Below, piece after piece: positions 23,371 to 38,592 of a stretch of 64,000 nt of DNA. Under the pieces are notes generated by a model. The model worked only from the letters and a program-made list of their open reading frames with translations. It ran no database searches and was not told the DNA's origin. Both the position numbers and the translations under genes were made by a program. Origin of the DNA: Octopus sinensis (lineage: Eukaryota); the NCBI RefSeq assembly GCF_006345805.1, contig NC_043005.1:22940001-23004000 (forward strand), written 5' to 3'. Each line of letters opens with the position of its first letter. Position 1 is the first letter of the stretch.

Positions 23371-26300
23371 CGTGTGTGCATGAAAGTGAGAAAGTCTGTG
23401 CCTATATACCAGTGTAGGTGTCATATTTAGAATTGCACCCCTTTATGTCAAAAAATAAATTTGCTTTTCAACAAATAATAATAAAATAAATGCCAGACTA
23501 AAATAAGTGAAGGCTAATTTTGATTTAAGGGCAAAGTCAGTCATTTGAGGGGATAGCATTAATCAGTTATATCAATCTCAGTATTAGACAGGTATTTTAT
23601 TTTACCAATCCCAGAGGGATGAAGGGCAAAGTTGACCTTATCAGGATCTGAATTCTAAAGGTAAAGTGCTGTAAGAAATACTACAAGGCATTTTTTCAGT
23701 GCTCTGACATGAAACTGGTAAAATAATAAATGAATAATAATGTACATATATCAACAGCCACTAAGAAAATTTCATTTTTTCATCATTTAGATGTGAACTT
23801 AAATTTATATTAGGTACTGAAGGAATAAATATGGACCCTTAATTCTTTTATGTAAACTTCAGATTCTATTAAATTTAAGAAAATTATGCAAGTAAATATT
23901 TTTAATTAACCTTTCAATGCTATATTAATTAAATCTGTTAATACTAACAACGGATTTTCCTGCAGTTGACGTCACTGAGTAACTTAGTCTAAAAATATGA
24001 CAATTCTTTAAAGTATATTAATTGGCGTACTTAGTAATTCTCATTAATATTTTGGCTGATACAGTAAAGTTTGATTGACTGAGGTCGCGTGAAGATTCTA
24101 AAGATATAAACACGTCCAGAGTTGTCTCCCATAATTCCTGATTAAAATATTACTTTTAAGTAACACTACTATTTTTTCCTTGCCACAAAATAATCACTAA
24201 TTATTTTTTTAATCCTCAAATATTTCTATATGTTAACAGTAAGTTGACTATTGTTTGTTTGAGGGTGGTGTCTCTAAGTAATTTATTCTCAAGTAAAAGA
24301 CGTTCGCACTGGGCCAGCTCAGTTGAATGCCAGATTAAAAGTCAAAGGATCAGTTATTTAAACAATAAGTGTAGATGCCTTCTAAACCCTAGCTTTAGAA
24401 AGGAAACCTATCACAAGAAACATTCCCAAGTCAAGTGATTTGGTGAGAACTATTCCTGGGTGGATTGAACTAATGTAGAACTGTGTTTTGCCCAGAAACA
24501 AGAAAGAGAATAAGAGATAAATTGCCCCTTTGTTATGACAGCAGGCTTTCACAGGTAACAATCCCAGAAAACCTAACGATTATATTATCTCCCAAGAGCT
24601 GGTTGATCTAAGATAGAAAACAGTGTTCTATTCACTGAAATATTGCTCCCATATCTGGGATGAAGATACTACCATGCATACAGAATACCCTGGACTACAT
24701 CCAAAATCAGGCCAATGGACAGATAGACATGGAGTTGCTCACCAACACAAAACCTCAGGCTCACTGGAATACTGTCTCCTCACTGTCTTTCACTCAGGTA
24801 CTGAATAATGGTACCTGCTCTCTAGAATTGGATAATCCCATGCCAATTCCAATCAGCCTCACTTGACAAACTCATATTGTGTCCACCACAAACTGCAGAC
24901 CCCATACTGACCACTACATCCAACCCCTTCCTTCTCAGAATGTCATCTCTCTGAAATTTCCTCCCTGTCCATGTCTTTTATGCTGTCCATGTCTGTCTCA
25001 TAGGTTTGGAGGATCAATAAAGGATAAGAACACAGCCCCTTCTTCCAGGCTAAGCTAAAAACACATTCACAAAATAGAAAGTATGCTATAAATTTTCCTG
25101 TGTATATGATACCTGTTTGTCAAGAGATATCATTCACATATGAGATGATATCATCATCATTATTTAACATCTGCTTTCCATGCTGGCATGGGTTGGATGG
25201 TTTGACAGAAGCTGGCTAGGCAGAAGACTGCATCAGGCTTCAATGTCTGATATAGTGATGTCTATTCTTACCAACAACTAAATGCCCAGAAACACAATGA
25301 AGTACCTTGCAACAGATCTGAATAAAACGGCTAAGAGATCATACTCATCAAAGACATTTCAGATAAAAAAAGACAACACCAAGTATGAACAGACAAGCAA
25401 GAGCTCTCTCAAAAACTGTCAAATTAATTTATGCAGTAGAAAGATTATAATAGACAACTTACCCAAATAATATTGTACATCCTCCAGCAAAAAATAATCC
25501 AGACAAAAACAAGAATTTAGTTCCGACAACTGATACCTGTGGAAATTTAATAATAATAACAACAATAACAACAACAACGACAAACTCAGTAATGGGAATG
25601 GGGGGAAATGATTTATTTTATTTGCCACAAGGGCTGAAGACATTGATGGCAATACAAAGGTGGAATACAGCACAAAGGTGGGGTTTACACTGAACAAAAA
25701 GAAATCAATAAAGGCAAAAAAAAGTGAACAAAAGATATAACAAAATTTCATCAAAAACATTTCTCCCAATACTGGAGAAGACCACCTAAGTTAATTTGAG
25801 GAAACCCTACATAAACACTCGTTAAATGTGTCACATCACTGCATCAAAAGTGCCTTCTCTTATCTAAAAAGTACATTCAAGGCAGGCCTGTTCAAACTCA
25901 CCAGTTTTACAACTCTCACTCATCTTTTGTTAAACACAGTAGAAGATAGCACTTACCTAACATCAAATGCAGATTATTTACTCAGTAAATGAGGTGACTG
26001 ACCACATTATGTTTTGTTGTCTAGTCTTTGCCAAGTGAAGTATATCTATAGAGACAATTGCAATAGCAGTTTTGGGCAGTGAGCAACATTCCAACACTTC
26101 AAAGTGAAACTATACGTATCATAAAATATGGTACATGACAAGGCTGAAATGCATCTGACACTGCCACTAGTTGCTACTTCAAAGGAATTTTTGTCTTTCA
26201 TTGATATTTATTGTATTTAACACAGCAAGTCCATAAGAGATGTTATGATGTTATCCCGGGACAAACATTGTAGTAACTGCCCTATCAACAGTGTGTACAC

Positions 26301-29013
26301 ATTAAGTATGATACACAGGTGACTATTTTTTATTAAATACAACTCAATTGCAAACACCAGACACACACATAAACATAACTATATATATATATACACACAC
26401 ACACACGTATACAAATACATATATATTAAGGTTTGACCAACAGGACACTTTTAAAGAGCTAGCTTTTCAAGTAGGGCATTTCTTACTTCACACAACTTCA
26501 AAAGTGCAAAGAAAATTTCTTGTCAGGGAAAATGACAATAACACTGCTCAAATTTGAAAACTTTCATTGAGTTATGCACACAAACACTCATTCACTCACA
26601 CACACAAACATACATTGGGTCATCCCATAAATAATGCAGTTTTTTTCAATTGCAAGAACTATAAGTTGGAGAGGGACAGGATAAACTACCTGCATCAACT
26701 TGCTATAAAAGCACGTAGTAATTTTACGTTGTACTTATTCTTAGTGCAAGTTTTGAAGAGTGCAGTTCAATTTTAACTTATTTTTTTTAAAGCTATAATG
26801 CCAGTGAAAAAGAAGCATATTCGGCATATTTTGCTTTATGAGTTCAATAAAGGCAACAACACAATGGAAAATGTGAGGAATATTAATGCAATATATGGGG
26901 ACTGGACAGTAAGCATAAGCCAGTGTCAACAGTGGTTCCAGAAACTCTAAGCCGGAATCTACAGCCTAGAAGACAAGCTGCATCCTGGAAGATCTGTAGA
27001 GCTCAACAAGGACATCCTACAAATTCTGATGGAACAAAATACCATCGTAACTGTTGAGGAACTAGCAGAGAAGCTTGGATTTGGTTATTCATTAACACCT
27101 GCATGCCATCGAAAAAGTTAGCTAATTGGGTCAATGGGTTCCTCACAGACTTTCCGAGTCTAATTGCTCACATAGAGTGAATGTGTGCTCTTCTTTGCTG
27201 TCATGTTTCATGAATGAACCTTTTTTGGACCGAATAGTTACTGGTGACAAGAAATGGGTTCTCTATAAAAATATCAAGTGCCAAAGAGTGGGTTGGGAAA
27301 GGAGAAACACCAGCACCCCAGGCAAAAGAAGGTCTTCACCCACGTAAGGTGTTGTTATCTGTTTGGTGGGATATAAAAGGTTTAGTCCACTTCCAACTTT
27401 TAAACCCGAACCAAATAATAACAAAGGAGATCTACTGCGAACAGCTTGAGCAACTTAAGTCAGCACTAGAAGAAAAGAACCGTCTTTGGTTTCAAGACAA
27501 AAGATGTTCTTTCATCAGAATAATGCATGGCCACATACAGTGAGGATGACATTCCGAAGGCTGGAGCAGTTTGAATGGGAAATGATACCCCACCCACCAT
27601 ATTCGCCGGACACTGTCCCATCTGATTATCATTTATTCTGCAGTCTTCAAAATCATTTGAACAGAAAAAATATGAATTCTGTAGACAAGGTCAGAACAAT
27701 ACTGGAGTATTTTTCATCATGGACAAGTGAATTTTTGGAAGAGAGGCTTTGCAAGTCTACCAGATAGATGGAAGAGCATTGTAGAAAATGAAGGAGAGTA
27801 TATTTTAGATTAAGAAAGAACTTTGTTTACCTTAATTTTGAAAAATAAAAGAAGTATAAAAAAACCCACATTATTTATGAGAAGATCCAATATATATATA
27901 TATATTATATATATATATATATATTGTTATATATATATATATATATTGTTTCTATCAACCAAATTCAACCACAAGCCCTTGGTCAACCTGGATTTATAGC
28001 AGGAAACTTGTTCAGGGTACTGCAACTCATGTGTGTGCATACTGACATGGCTTCTTGAGTTGATCACACCTATAATTGTAAAATGAATGTTATTGTCGCA
28101 GAAGCAGTCATTCATTTCCAATCTTCTGTGAAAATATGTCTGGCCCTGGAGAAATATTACCTTGCTTAGAAATAGGTAAAGGTTGGTGACATGAAGGGCA
28201 CCTGGCTGTAGAAAATCTACATTAATAAATTTCATCCAACTGATCCAAGCATGGAAAAGTGAATGTGAAAATGATGATGATGATCATGATATATATAAAT
28301 ATAATTTGCAATAAATGTGAAGTAATAAACGAGACTTACAAGACGACCAAAAATAACTGACATAAAGACTGAAGTTAAAGAAAACACTCCAAATATCCAT
28401 CCTGATGTGGTAATACTGATTCCACGATCCTCTGCCTGAAAAAATGTAGAAAAATAACATAGATTAAAGACAATTAACATCCTTGTTAATGAGTTGTTAA
28501 TGGGTTATTAATAGTACGTTATTAGGGTTGTAAACATGTTAATGAGGTTCTAATAGGTTGTTGACAATTAGTTAATCATTCATTAATTCCTTTCTTATGT
28601 TTTTGTTGAAATACACTCCTTTTGTTTCAATTTCACTGAGGTCAACTTTGCCTTTCATCCTTTCAGAGTCGATAACTTAAGTACCAGTTGTGTACTGAGG
28701 TCTATCTAATCGACTGCCCCCCCCCACCCCCCACCCCAATTTCAGGCCTTGTACCTATAGTAGAAAGGATTATTATTATTATTATTATTATTATTAAGGC
28801 AGCAAGCTGGCAGAATCGTTAGCATGCCAGGCAAAATTCTTAGTGGCAGTCCACCCATGTTCAGGCTTTGAGTTCAAATTCTGCTGAGTCAACTTTGCCT
28901 TTCATCCTTTCGGAGTTGATAAAATAAGTACCAGTTATGCGCTGGGGTTGATGTAATCAACTCACCTCCTCCTCCTCAAAATTTCAGGCCCTGTACCTAT
29001 AGCAGAAAGGATA

Positions 29014-29045
<32 letters not shown>

Positions 29046-32000
29046 ACATTTGATAGTTTCAGGCAAATTTCTACAGCATCACCTGCAACACCTCCATGTT
29101 GCTGGGGTATGTGCAGTATTGTGTATTCTTTTTGTTGCTAGGAGTGTGCAAACTCTTCCCAGTATTGTATTGCATTAGTTCCTTTTCTTATGGGGTGTGG
29201 TGCAGTCTTTTGTTGTATTAATGTTTGTATTGTGTTGTGTTGTGTGTATAATGCATTGGGTAATAGCCTTTTGGTGGTAGTTTATTTCATTGGATATTTT
29301 CTATATAGAGTGTGCCTTGTGTTTGTGAATTGTTTTGTTTAGATTGTATTTTTTTATTGAATTGATAGTGCCTTGCATAGGATGGAGGCTGTTCCTAGCA
29401 GAGCTTTTTTTGGATAATGTGTAGTGTTGGGAATCCAGATATAACTTCTACACTTTTGTTATGCTTTTTTGCCCAATGCATTTCTTATGTTGGTACAAGA
29501 CTACAAATACATAGGGTGGGACAATAAACTGTTGGAGTGGGCTTGGTACATCTGTAGATATGCAATAAAAAGAAGGGCCACTGCTTCCTACAGGTTTTTA
29601 ACTCAAAATATATACAGGGATAAATATTAAATGCCACAATGATTCAAGTTTGGTGCTTTACTATATGCCTTTTTCATCATATTTAAGACATTTGTAATAA
29701 AAGCAAAGATAGTGAATACAATTTCAATGATGATAACTATCAAGATAATGTTGAACATAAGGGTGATGATAATGATAGTGGTATTGAGGATGATGATGAA
29801 GATGATGATGGTGATGAAGATAATGAATCTATGGAGAAGTGCAATGATAAAAATAACAATAACTACAATAATAATAATACAACCAATTCCATTTAACTGT
29901 ATACTGGATAATTGCAGTGTTAGGATATTTATAAGATTTCAAAACACCAAACTATTTAGCATTAAATTTAGGTTAAAATAATCAGTTAAACACATCTGTA
30001 AACAACTTAGCCAGACATAACTGGTTGTGTGATCAAGATGTTTGCTTAACAACTACATGATTTTCAGTTCAATCTCACTGTGCAGCAATTTAGACAATTG
30101 TCTTCTACCATAGCCTCCAGTTGACCTAAGCCTTGAGAGTGAAATTTGATAGATGATGAAACAGTATGTAAGCTTGTCAGAGGGACCATTTCTATTTTGG
30201 GTGTTAGACTTAATTTTATTATCTACCTTAACATTACCATCTAGCTCAAGGACACCTTTAGCAGAGATCACTGCAGTATGCTTCTAAACTAGGTCTCTAG
30301 TCTGAGGACAACTTATCCCCTACTAGCCAAGGAGGCCTTGAAAAGAATCAGGATACTGCCTGTTCTTCCTTCTCTTTCTGGCTAAGCCATAAAAATAAAG
30401 AACTCCAATTGTCAAAGTGTTTTCCCTGATATTTTTCTTTTCTGCTTTTAGTAAAAATTTGTCAAAATGTTGCATAAAAATTGAACATTTATTTGATTTC
30501 ATATTAAAATGAACATGAAAGCTTATAATTTTAATGATGAGTTAAAATGACAGAAGCCAGAACATCATGTTTACCAACAACTGCTGTCAAAAGAGTCAAA
30601 TGTATTCAAGTTATTTTATACAATTTCAATGAATTAAAAGCTATCAAAGTTTCCTTTCCACTGTATTTTAACCTTACTATAAGATATATAAATTTTTTCA
30701 ACACCTAAAAAACATCATAGTAGCTAAAATTATTTGTAAAAAGATACTTTCAAATCAAGTGTGAACAATCAATATTTGTTATTTTATTATAGTGATTGAT
30801 TAGCCAGTGATAAGATTAGCCAGTGATTGACCTAGATTATCTTACCTTAATCCACACAATCCTAGTTGTTATCACCAAGTAAATACAACGTGGGAGGAAA
30901 TTATTGTCAGGACATATGAATCTGATCTAAGCTTGAAGAATATTAGAGGATAGGAAAACTTTTATATACATCATTAAAAAAAACTTGGAGCAAGCAGAAC
31001 ATAGTAAGTCTGTTATATGTACACAAAAGTGCACTGGAGACATAAATGCCTTATTCTTGTTCTGTTATATAATTGATACAACTGTAACTCAAAAACAAAA
31101 CCCTACAACATTAAGATACTGAAACCCAGTAGCATATCACCTACTATTGTGAATTCAGTTAATTGCATAAGAATTTCCAATCACCCAGGTAATGCGTGTA
31201 AGTAAAAAAAAATAGACTTATAACAATGAAAAATGGTAATAAAAACAATGGTGGTGGTGGTGATGCTGATGGAGATGATGATGATGATGATGGCAATGAG
31301 AACAACAACGATGACGACATTATGCTAAGTTTGATAAACAGCTGCACTGATCAGAGACTTCCAGTTCATTAAGCAGTTTATTTATGAATAAACACACGGT
31401 GTCAAGTGGAAATTAGATTGACATAGGAATATAATGAGTGTAGTGAGGGTTGGCAGGAGGGAGAAAGAGAGAGAGGGAGAGAGAAAAAGAGAGAAAGAAA
31501 GAGAGAGAAAAAGAAAGAGAGAGAGAGAGAGAAAAGGAAGGAAGGAAAGAACAGACTGTGAAATGAGAAAGAAAGATAAGAGATAAAGGAAGATAGAAAA
31601 AGGGAAAGAAAATAAAAGAAAGGTAAAAAGAGAGAAAGGAAAATGAGATAAGTGTATGTATGAGGGAGAGAGAGAGAGATGAAAAAAAAGAATGCAAAGG
31701 AAAAAGTGAAGGAAAGAGAGAAAGAGAGAGAAAAAGAAAAGAACATAAGAGTATGAGGGAGAGTGAAAGAAAGTGGGAGAGGTGAGAAGAGGGAGAAAGA
31801 GAGAGAAAAGTTAATGAAATTATGGAGAAGGCAAGGAAGAGTAAGAAAAAAGAAAGAAAGAAAGAAAAAGACTGAGATTAAGATAATCTAAGCAAGAGTC
31901 CAATATGATAGACAAAGCTTACCTATGTAAGATAGAAACATATATACATGACAGCAGCACAAGTGCTTTTAAGGTGACATCAACACGATTTCTAAATATA

Positions 32001-32523
32001 TATATTTATATACGTATGATATGTATGCATGAGACACTTTTTAAATGTTAGCTGGTCCTGTGAACTCTAGACACAGAAGCATTGAGGAGACCTGATATCC
32101 TGAACATTGAGGTGATGGTGCACAAGTATTGTTTAAGTTAGACTGGACACCTTGTTCGGATAAATGATTGGAGGATCCCTAAGCAGATGCTATGTGGCTA
32201 ACTTGTTTATGGAAAGCATCCCCAGTAGAAACCAAGATTACAATTAAAGGATTGTATGAAGTCCATGTTGAAAGCATATGAAACAGAGGAGGTCAATTGG
32301 GAAAGTAAGGTTTGTCATTGCCACCAATGGAGGCAACAAGTAAGGGAAGGAGTGGATGTTTTCAAAACAACGTGCATCTTTCATGTAAAATTTAAGCAAG
32401 TTGCTTGAAAATGCACTACCAGTATAGTGAATAGGGAAGCTCAATCTGCAATATCTAAAGTTGTTTATCATGGGCTGAGCTCATTATTCACCAGTGGACA
32501 GCCATCATCATATCATTTATCTA

Positions 32524-32565
<42 letters not shown>

Positions 32566-35500
32566 TCATCATCATTTAACATCCATTGTCCATGCTGGCA
32601 TGGGTTGGACGGTTTGACTGGGCTGGCACACTGGAAGGCTGCCATCTCTTGCCAGCCTCACAGCATACCTAATTAAAGGACATAACTCCTAAACTAATCC
32701 CCTGGCCCCTTTTCATTCCACCATCTTTTCCACAGCAGCCACTGACCGGTTGTGCTAATCTGTCTCCAGGAATAGAGAGCATTCACCATATTCCCTTCCA
32801 TATCAGCTAACTCTGATAAGTGTAAAGTTATGTAATTGGTTTGTTACCTAACACCTTAATTGTATTCTTTACATGAAACCAATTGGTAAGACCAGCCATG
32901 CTAGATATTTAATACTATACATTTTGGATAATATATATATTTAATATATATATATATATATTCAAATATGAATTAGAAGCATCTCAAGGTATATAAACAA
33001 AACTGAATACACACACACAAGATGTGTGTGTCGTTAGTTCATCAAGTGACTGCATTGTTTAGGTGTAAGAGAATATATTCTTAATGTGTATGTGTGCTCA
33101 ATTTTGTTTATATATCTCAAGCTGCTTCTAATTCATATCTGAATTCTTTCCATGGCATGAAACATTGGGACATGCCAGCAGATGGTTCTTAAACCATTTA
33201 ATTTATAGTCATAGCTGGTGAGAGAGCATGCAGCAAGCCCTATTCAGTATGTGACATTGATAAGTCAAAACAATGATGAAACATCAATGTTTGTCACTCC
33301 GAAAAAGAGATTTTGATATGAGTTGTCTTGCTTGTCTATGTCTTGTTTGTCTATGACTTACTTTCAGGCATTGAGAATATATTCTCTTTGCCTTAAAAAA
33401 CATTGCCGGCAAAGGACTGCGGCTGCACAGTAGATTTTGAAAAAGTTAGGACATATAAACACAGGGCAAGTAGTTTCGATCGTCCGTGTGAATACGTTTA
33501 GGTGGTCCTGCTGAAGAAGATTGCACCTAACGAGTTCCTTCACTCGCTAATCTAAAATCAGAAACCAATTGGTCCAGGAAACTAGATGGTAAAATGTTTT
33601 TCAGTTTTCAATTCGTTCCTGTTGAATTTTATCCCTAATTTTTGTGGTTATAGAACCTAGCTGTTCTTTCTAGCATGTTGAATTCCTATAAGTGGATTCT
33701 TTATGTGTTTAAATGCACACTATATTGTATATGTATATATATATCTTTAAACAGATTTCTTTCAGTTTCTGTCTACTAAATCCATTAACAAGGCTTAGGT
33801 CTGCTACAAGCTACATAGAAGACACTTGCTCAAGGTGCTATACAGAAGGACTGAACCCAGAACCATGTGGTTGAGAAGCAAACTTCTTACCACACATATA
33901 TAATCATCAAAGAATTTCTTCATCAGAAAATATAGACACTTGTATATTTGTGAATAGAGTGGGTACATTAATCAAAGTATACAGCATAATATATCCATTA
34001 CAGCCATTTAACCAATTGGTCTCACATATGAAAGTTAGATAACTGGACTGTTATCTAATAGATGTGCTCTTCAGAGATTGCAGATACTGAAAAAATATGG
34101 TGACTGCTCTCTGTTATTGGAGATGAGGTTATGTCAAATCCGGTTTGTGGGTGCTCTTGAAAAGACAAAACAAAGGTACATAAGGCAATAAACTGAGGGG
34201 TTGATCAAAAGTTATATCTCTTGGCCTCAAAAACCTGAGTGAGTTGTCATATAGCAAGTCTGGTGGGTAAATATGCATGCACAGGGGAAAACTAAAGGGG
34301 TCAGTATGTGTGGAAGGTTGATATGTGTACATAGGGCCTTTTTGATATGGGAAATTTGGTGGGTGCCCTATCTTTTAACCCTATGTTTGGGTACAAATGT
34401 GTATGTGTGTCCATGTATGTATGGTTCAGACAAAATTTTGCGGGGTCCTCAAGGTGTAATGGTGGGAGGACCAATGGTAGCAGTCCCAGCATTAATAATC
34501 ATGGTGCTCACTCACTTTCCATAGGCAAGCCATTATATACCTTCTCTCATGTTGGGACAGGCTGAAAATTTAATTTCTGCAGTTTAGGTAGATGTCTGGG
34601 TGAAGAGAATTCTTTTAACACAATTCTTTTCTTGACTAGGCATAACCTGCACTTTCTGTTACTATTAAAATGAGGCTTGCACTTTTTCAAGATTTTCCAC
34701 TTAGTGTTGAAATCTATAGTACTTTTCTTCAACGACCATATATGCCCTGCCAGAGCATCTCTCCTGGATAATTTGAGGATTTATAGTTGTTAAATCTGAT
34801 CTTAAGAGGGCCATCTGTCATACCCATATACTTCTGCACATTTGCTTGCCTGCTGAGGTCCTTTAAATTACTATTACTTCATAAACGACTGTTTCCATGT
34901 TGCTGTGGCCTTTAAAGGGACAAGTGGTGTTGCCTCTGCATGAGCATCTTGTTTCTGTCCCAGGCGTGGATCCACCCTACTAATATTTTCTTTATACTAG
35001 ATGCATTGTGTGTGTGTGTGTGCACTTGCATGCATGTGTGTGTGTGTGTGTGTGCGTGCACATATGTATGTTTGTGAGTTGGTGTCTTCTTGTTATGATA
35101 TTGGATGAATGCTGTAAATAAGTGTCACTGTTATACAAGCGGTGTCCTTCATTTCCAACCCACAGTGAAAGCATGTCCAACCAGGGGAAAAAATTTCTTT
35201 ATTTGGAAACAAGAGAAGGTTAGAAGTAAGAAAGACATCTGGCTGTAGAAAATCGACCTCAACAAATTTCATCCAACCCAATCAAGCATGGAAAAGTAGA
35301 CATTAAATAATGATGATGATAATGATGAGGATGATATATTCATATTTATGTGTGTGCATATAAATATGTATACATGTGCAGATCTATGTTCAAGTGTGTA
35401 TGTGTATGTGTGTGTTTGACACTGCACTGTAGATTATAGAAAAGGCAAATGATAACTTATAGATAAATACAATGTGTTAAACTGAAATAAGTACTAAGGT

Positions 35501-36014
35501 CAATATGACTGACTAACCTTGAAGGCAGTGCCTTGACCTGGTTGTAGCCTAATGACAAAAAGCAGCAAAAGAACGAAACATGCATGCATGCACACACACA
35601 CACACAAATGGAGACAATATTAATATGCAAGCATACATTTATCATCATCATCATTTAATATCTGCTTTCCGTGCTGGCATGGGTTGGGCGGTTTGATTGA
35701 GGATTGATGAGCTGTGGGGAAGGCAGTTCTTTTAGCAGAGAGATGATCTGGCATAAAACTTGCTGTTAAATTAGTACCAGTTGTCTTGCAATGCTTTTCC
35801 CTGGAACCTACTATGGTGAGCAAGAGAGTGGTGAAAGTCTTGTACAAGCTTTTGTCACTTAAATCCACTTATGTAACAGATGTCACACTGTCATTTCGTT
35901 TCTTAATCTGTTTTGTATTTTATAAAGTCCGATGATGATGGCTATCCATGCACATACAAGGACAAATGTAAATCAGAAGAACCCGGCTGAACGTGAGATG
36001 GCAAGGCAGTCATC

Positions 36015-36048
<34 letters not shown>

Positions 36049-37016
36049 GTGCACATATGTATGTTTGTGAGTTGGTGTCTTCTTGTTATGATATTGGATG
36101 AATGCTGTAAATAAGTGTCACTGTTATACAAGCGGTGTCCTTCATTTCCAACCCACAGTGAAAGCATGTCCAACCAGGGGAAAAAATTTCTTTATTTGGA
36201 AACAAGAGAAGGTTAGAAGTAAGAAAGACATCTGGCTGTAGAAAATCGACCTCAACAAATTTCATCCAACCCAATCAAGCATGGAAAAGTAGACATTAAA
36301 TAATGATGATGATAATGATGAGGATGATATATTCATATTTATGTGTGTGCATATAAATATGTATACATGTGCAGATCTATGTTCAAGTGTGTATGTGTAT
36401 GTGTGTGTTTGACACTGCACTGTAGATTATAGAAAAGGCAAATGATAACTTATAGATAAATACAATGTGTTAAACTGAAATAAGTACTAAGGTCAATATG
36501 ACTGACTAACCTTGAAGGCAGTGCCTTGACCTGGTTGTAGCCTAATGACAAAAAGCAGCAAAAGAACGAAACATGCATGCATGCACACACACACACACAC
36601 AAATGGAGACAATATTAATATGCAAGCATACATTTATCATCATCATCATTTAATATCTGCTTTCCGTGCTGGCATGGGTTGGGCGGTTTGATTGAGGATT
36701 GATGAGCTGTGGGGAAGGCAGTTCTTTTAGCAGAGAGATGATCTGGCATAAAACTTGCTGTTAAATTAGTACCAGTTGTCTTGCAATGCTTTTCCCTGGA
36801 ACCTACTATGGTGAGCAAGAGAGTGGTGAAAGTCTTGTACAAGCTTTTGTCACTTAAATCCACTTATGTAACAGATGTCACACTGTCATTTCGTTTCTTA
36901 ATCTGTTTTGTATTTTATAAAGTCCGATGATGATGGCTATCCATGCACATACAAGGACAAATGTAAATCAGAAGAACCCGGCTGAACGTGAGATGGCAAG
37001 GCAGTCATCATATATA

Positions 37017-37098
<82 letters not shown>

Positions 37099-37509
37099 AT
37101 CACCATCATCATCATCATCACTTAACATCTGTTTTCCATGCTGACATGGGTCGGATGGTTTGACTGAAAAACGGTAAGCTGGGGAGCTGCACCAGGTTCC
37201 AATCTGATTTGGCAAGGTTCCTACAGCTGGATGCCCTTCCCAATGCCAACCACCCCGAGAGTGTAGTGGGTGTCTTTTACGTGCCACCAGCACGAGGGCC
37301 ATTCACCTGACACCAGTATTGGCCTTGACTATGGTCTCACTTGGCTTGACAGATCTACACAAGCAGTGTATATCGCCGAAGGTCTCAGTCACTTATCACT
37401 GTCTATGAGGCCCAATGCTCAAGCAGTGCATTTTACGTGCCACCGGCATGGGTGCCAGTCAGATGGCAGTGGCATTGGCCATGACTATGATTTCACTCAG
37501 CTCGACAGG

Positions 37510-37542
<33 letters not shown>

Positions 37543-38059
37543 ATGGAGTGGATTAGTGAAAGAAAGGAGTACTCAACACATTGATAGAATTTACATACAT
37601 TATTATTTAAAAGTTTGCTTCCGTTCCATGCAACTTAAAGTTTTGTAGGCTTCTAACAGAAACCCAGCTCATTCAGGTTAGAGTACTGAATGAAGAAAGA
37701 CAGGAAGTCCAAGATGGCTACTGGAAAATGGGCTGCTGTTGATAAAGGCAGGTGACATAATGATGTTAGAAGTAAGGTTGGCATTTCAGTGACACCAGAT
37801 ACCTTTATACATAAATGCAAGACTACATACACACAGACATGCATGCACACACACATGCATGCACTCATCTATGTACATATACTTCTCCTCTCTTCCCTGC
37901 CCCTACACCACCAAACCTCAGTCCAATGCCTATTCCCACCCCCAGGGAACAAAAACAATATATACAATACACACATATATATATGTGTGTATATATGTAT
38001 GAAGGGATGTGTGTATGTATGTATGTATGCAGGGATTCGTGTGCATGTGTGTGCGTATG

Positions 38060-38151
<92 letters not shown>

Positions 38152-38560
38152 ATCACCATCATCATCATCATCACTTAACATCTGTTTTCCATGCTGACAT
38201 GGGTCGGATGGTTTGACTGAAAAACGGTAAGCTGGGGAGCTGCACCAGGTTCCAATCTGATTTGGCAAGGTTCCTACAGCTGGATGCCCTTCCAATGCCA
38301 ACCACCCCGAGAGTGTAGTGGGTGTCTTTTACGTGCCACCAGCACGAGGGCCATTCACCTGACACCAGTATTGGCCTTGACTATGGTCTCACTTGGCTTG
38401 ACAGATCTACACAAGCAGTGTATATCGCCGAAGGTCTCAGTCACTTATCACTGTCTATGAGGCCCAATGCTCAAGCAGTGCATTTTACGTGCCACCGGCA
38501 TGGGTGCCAGTCAGATGGCAGTGGCATTGGCCATGACTATGATTTCACTCAGCTCGACAG

Positions 38561-38592
<32 letters not shown>

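Noticed and set aside
25957-26046. Candidate extra minus-strand exon with a good GTAAGT donor
   Set aside because: Contains a stop in the required phase, and the protein is already collinear without it.
31440-31880. Phe/Leu/Ser-rich hydrophobic ORFs
   Set aside because: Antisense of a GA-rich low-complexity tract.
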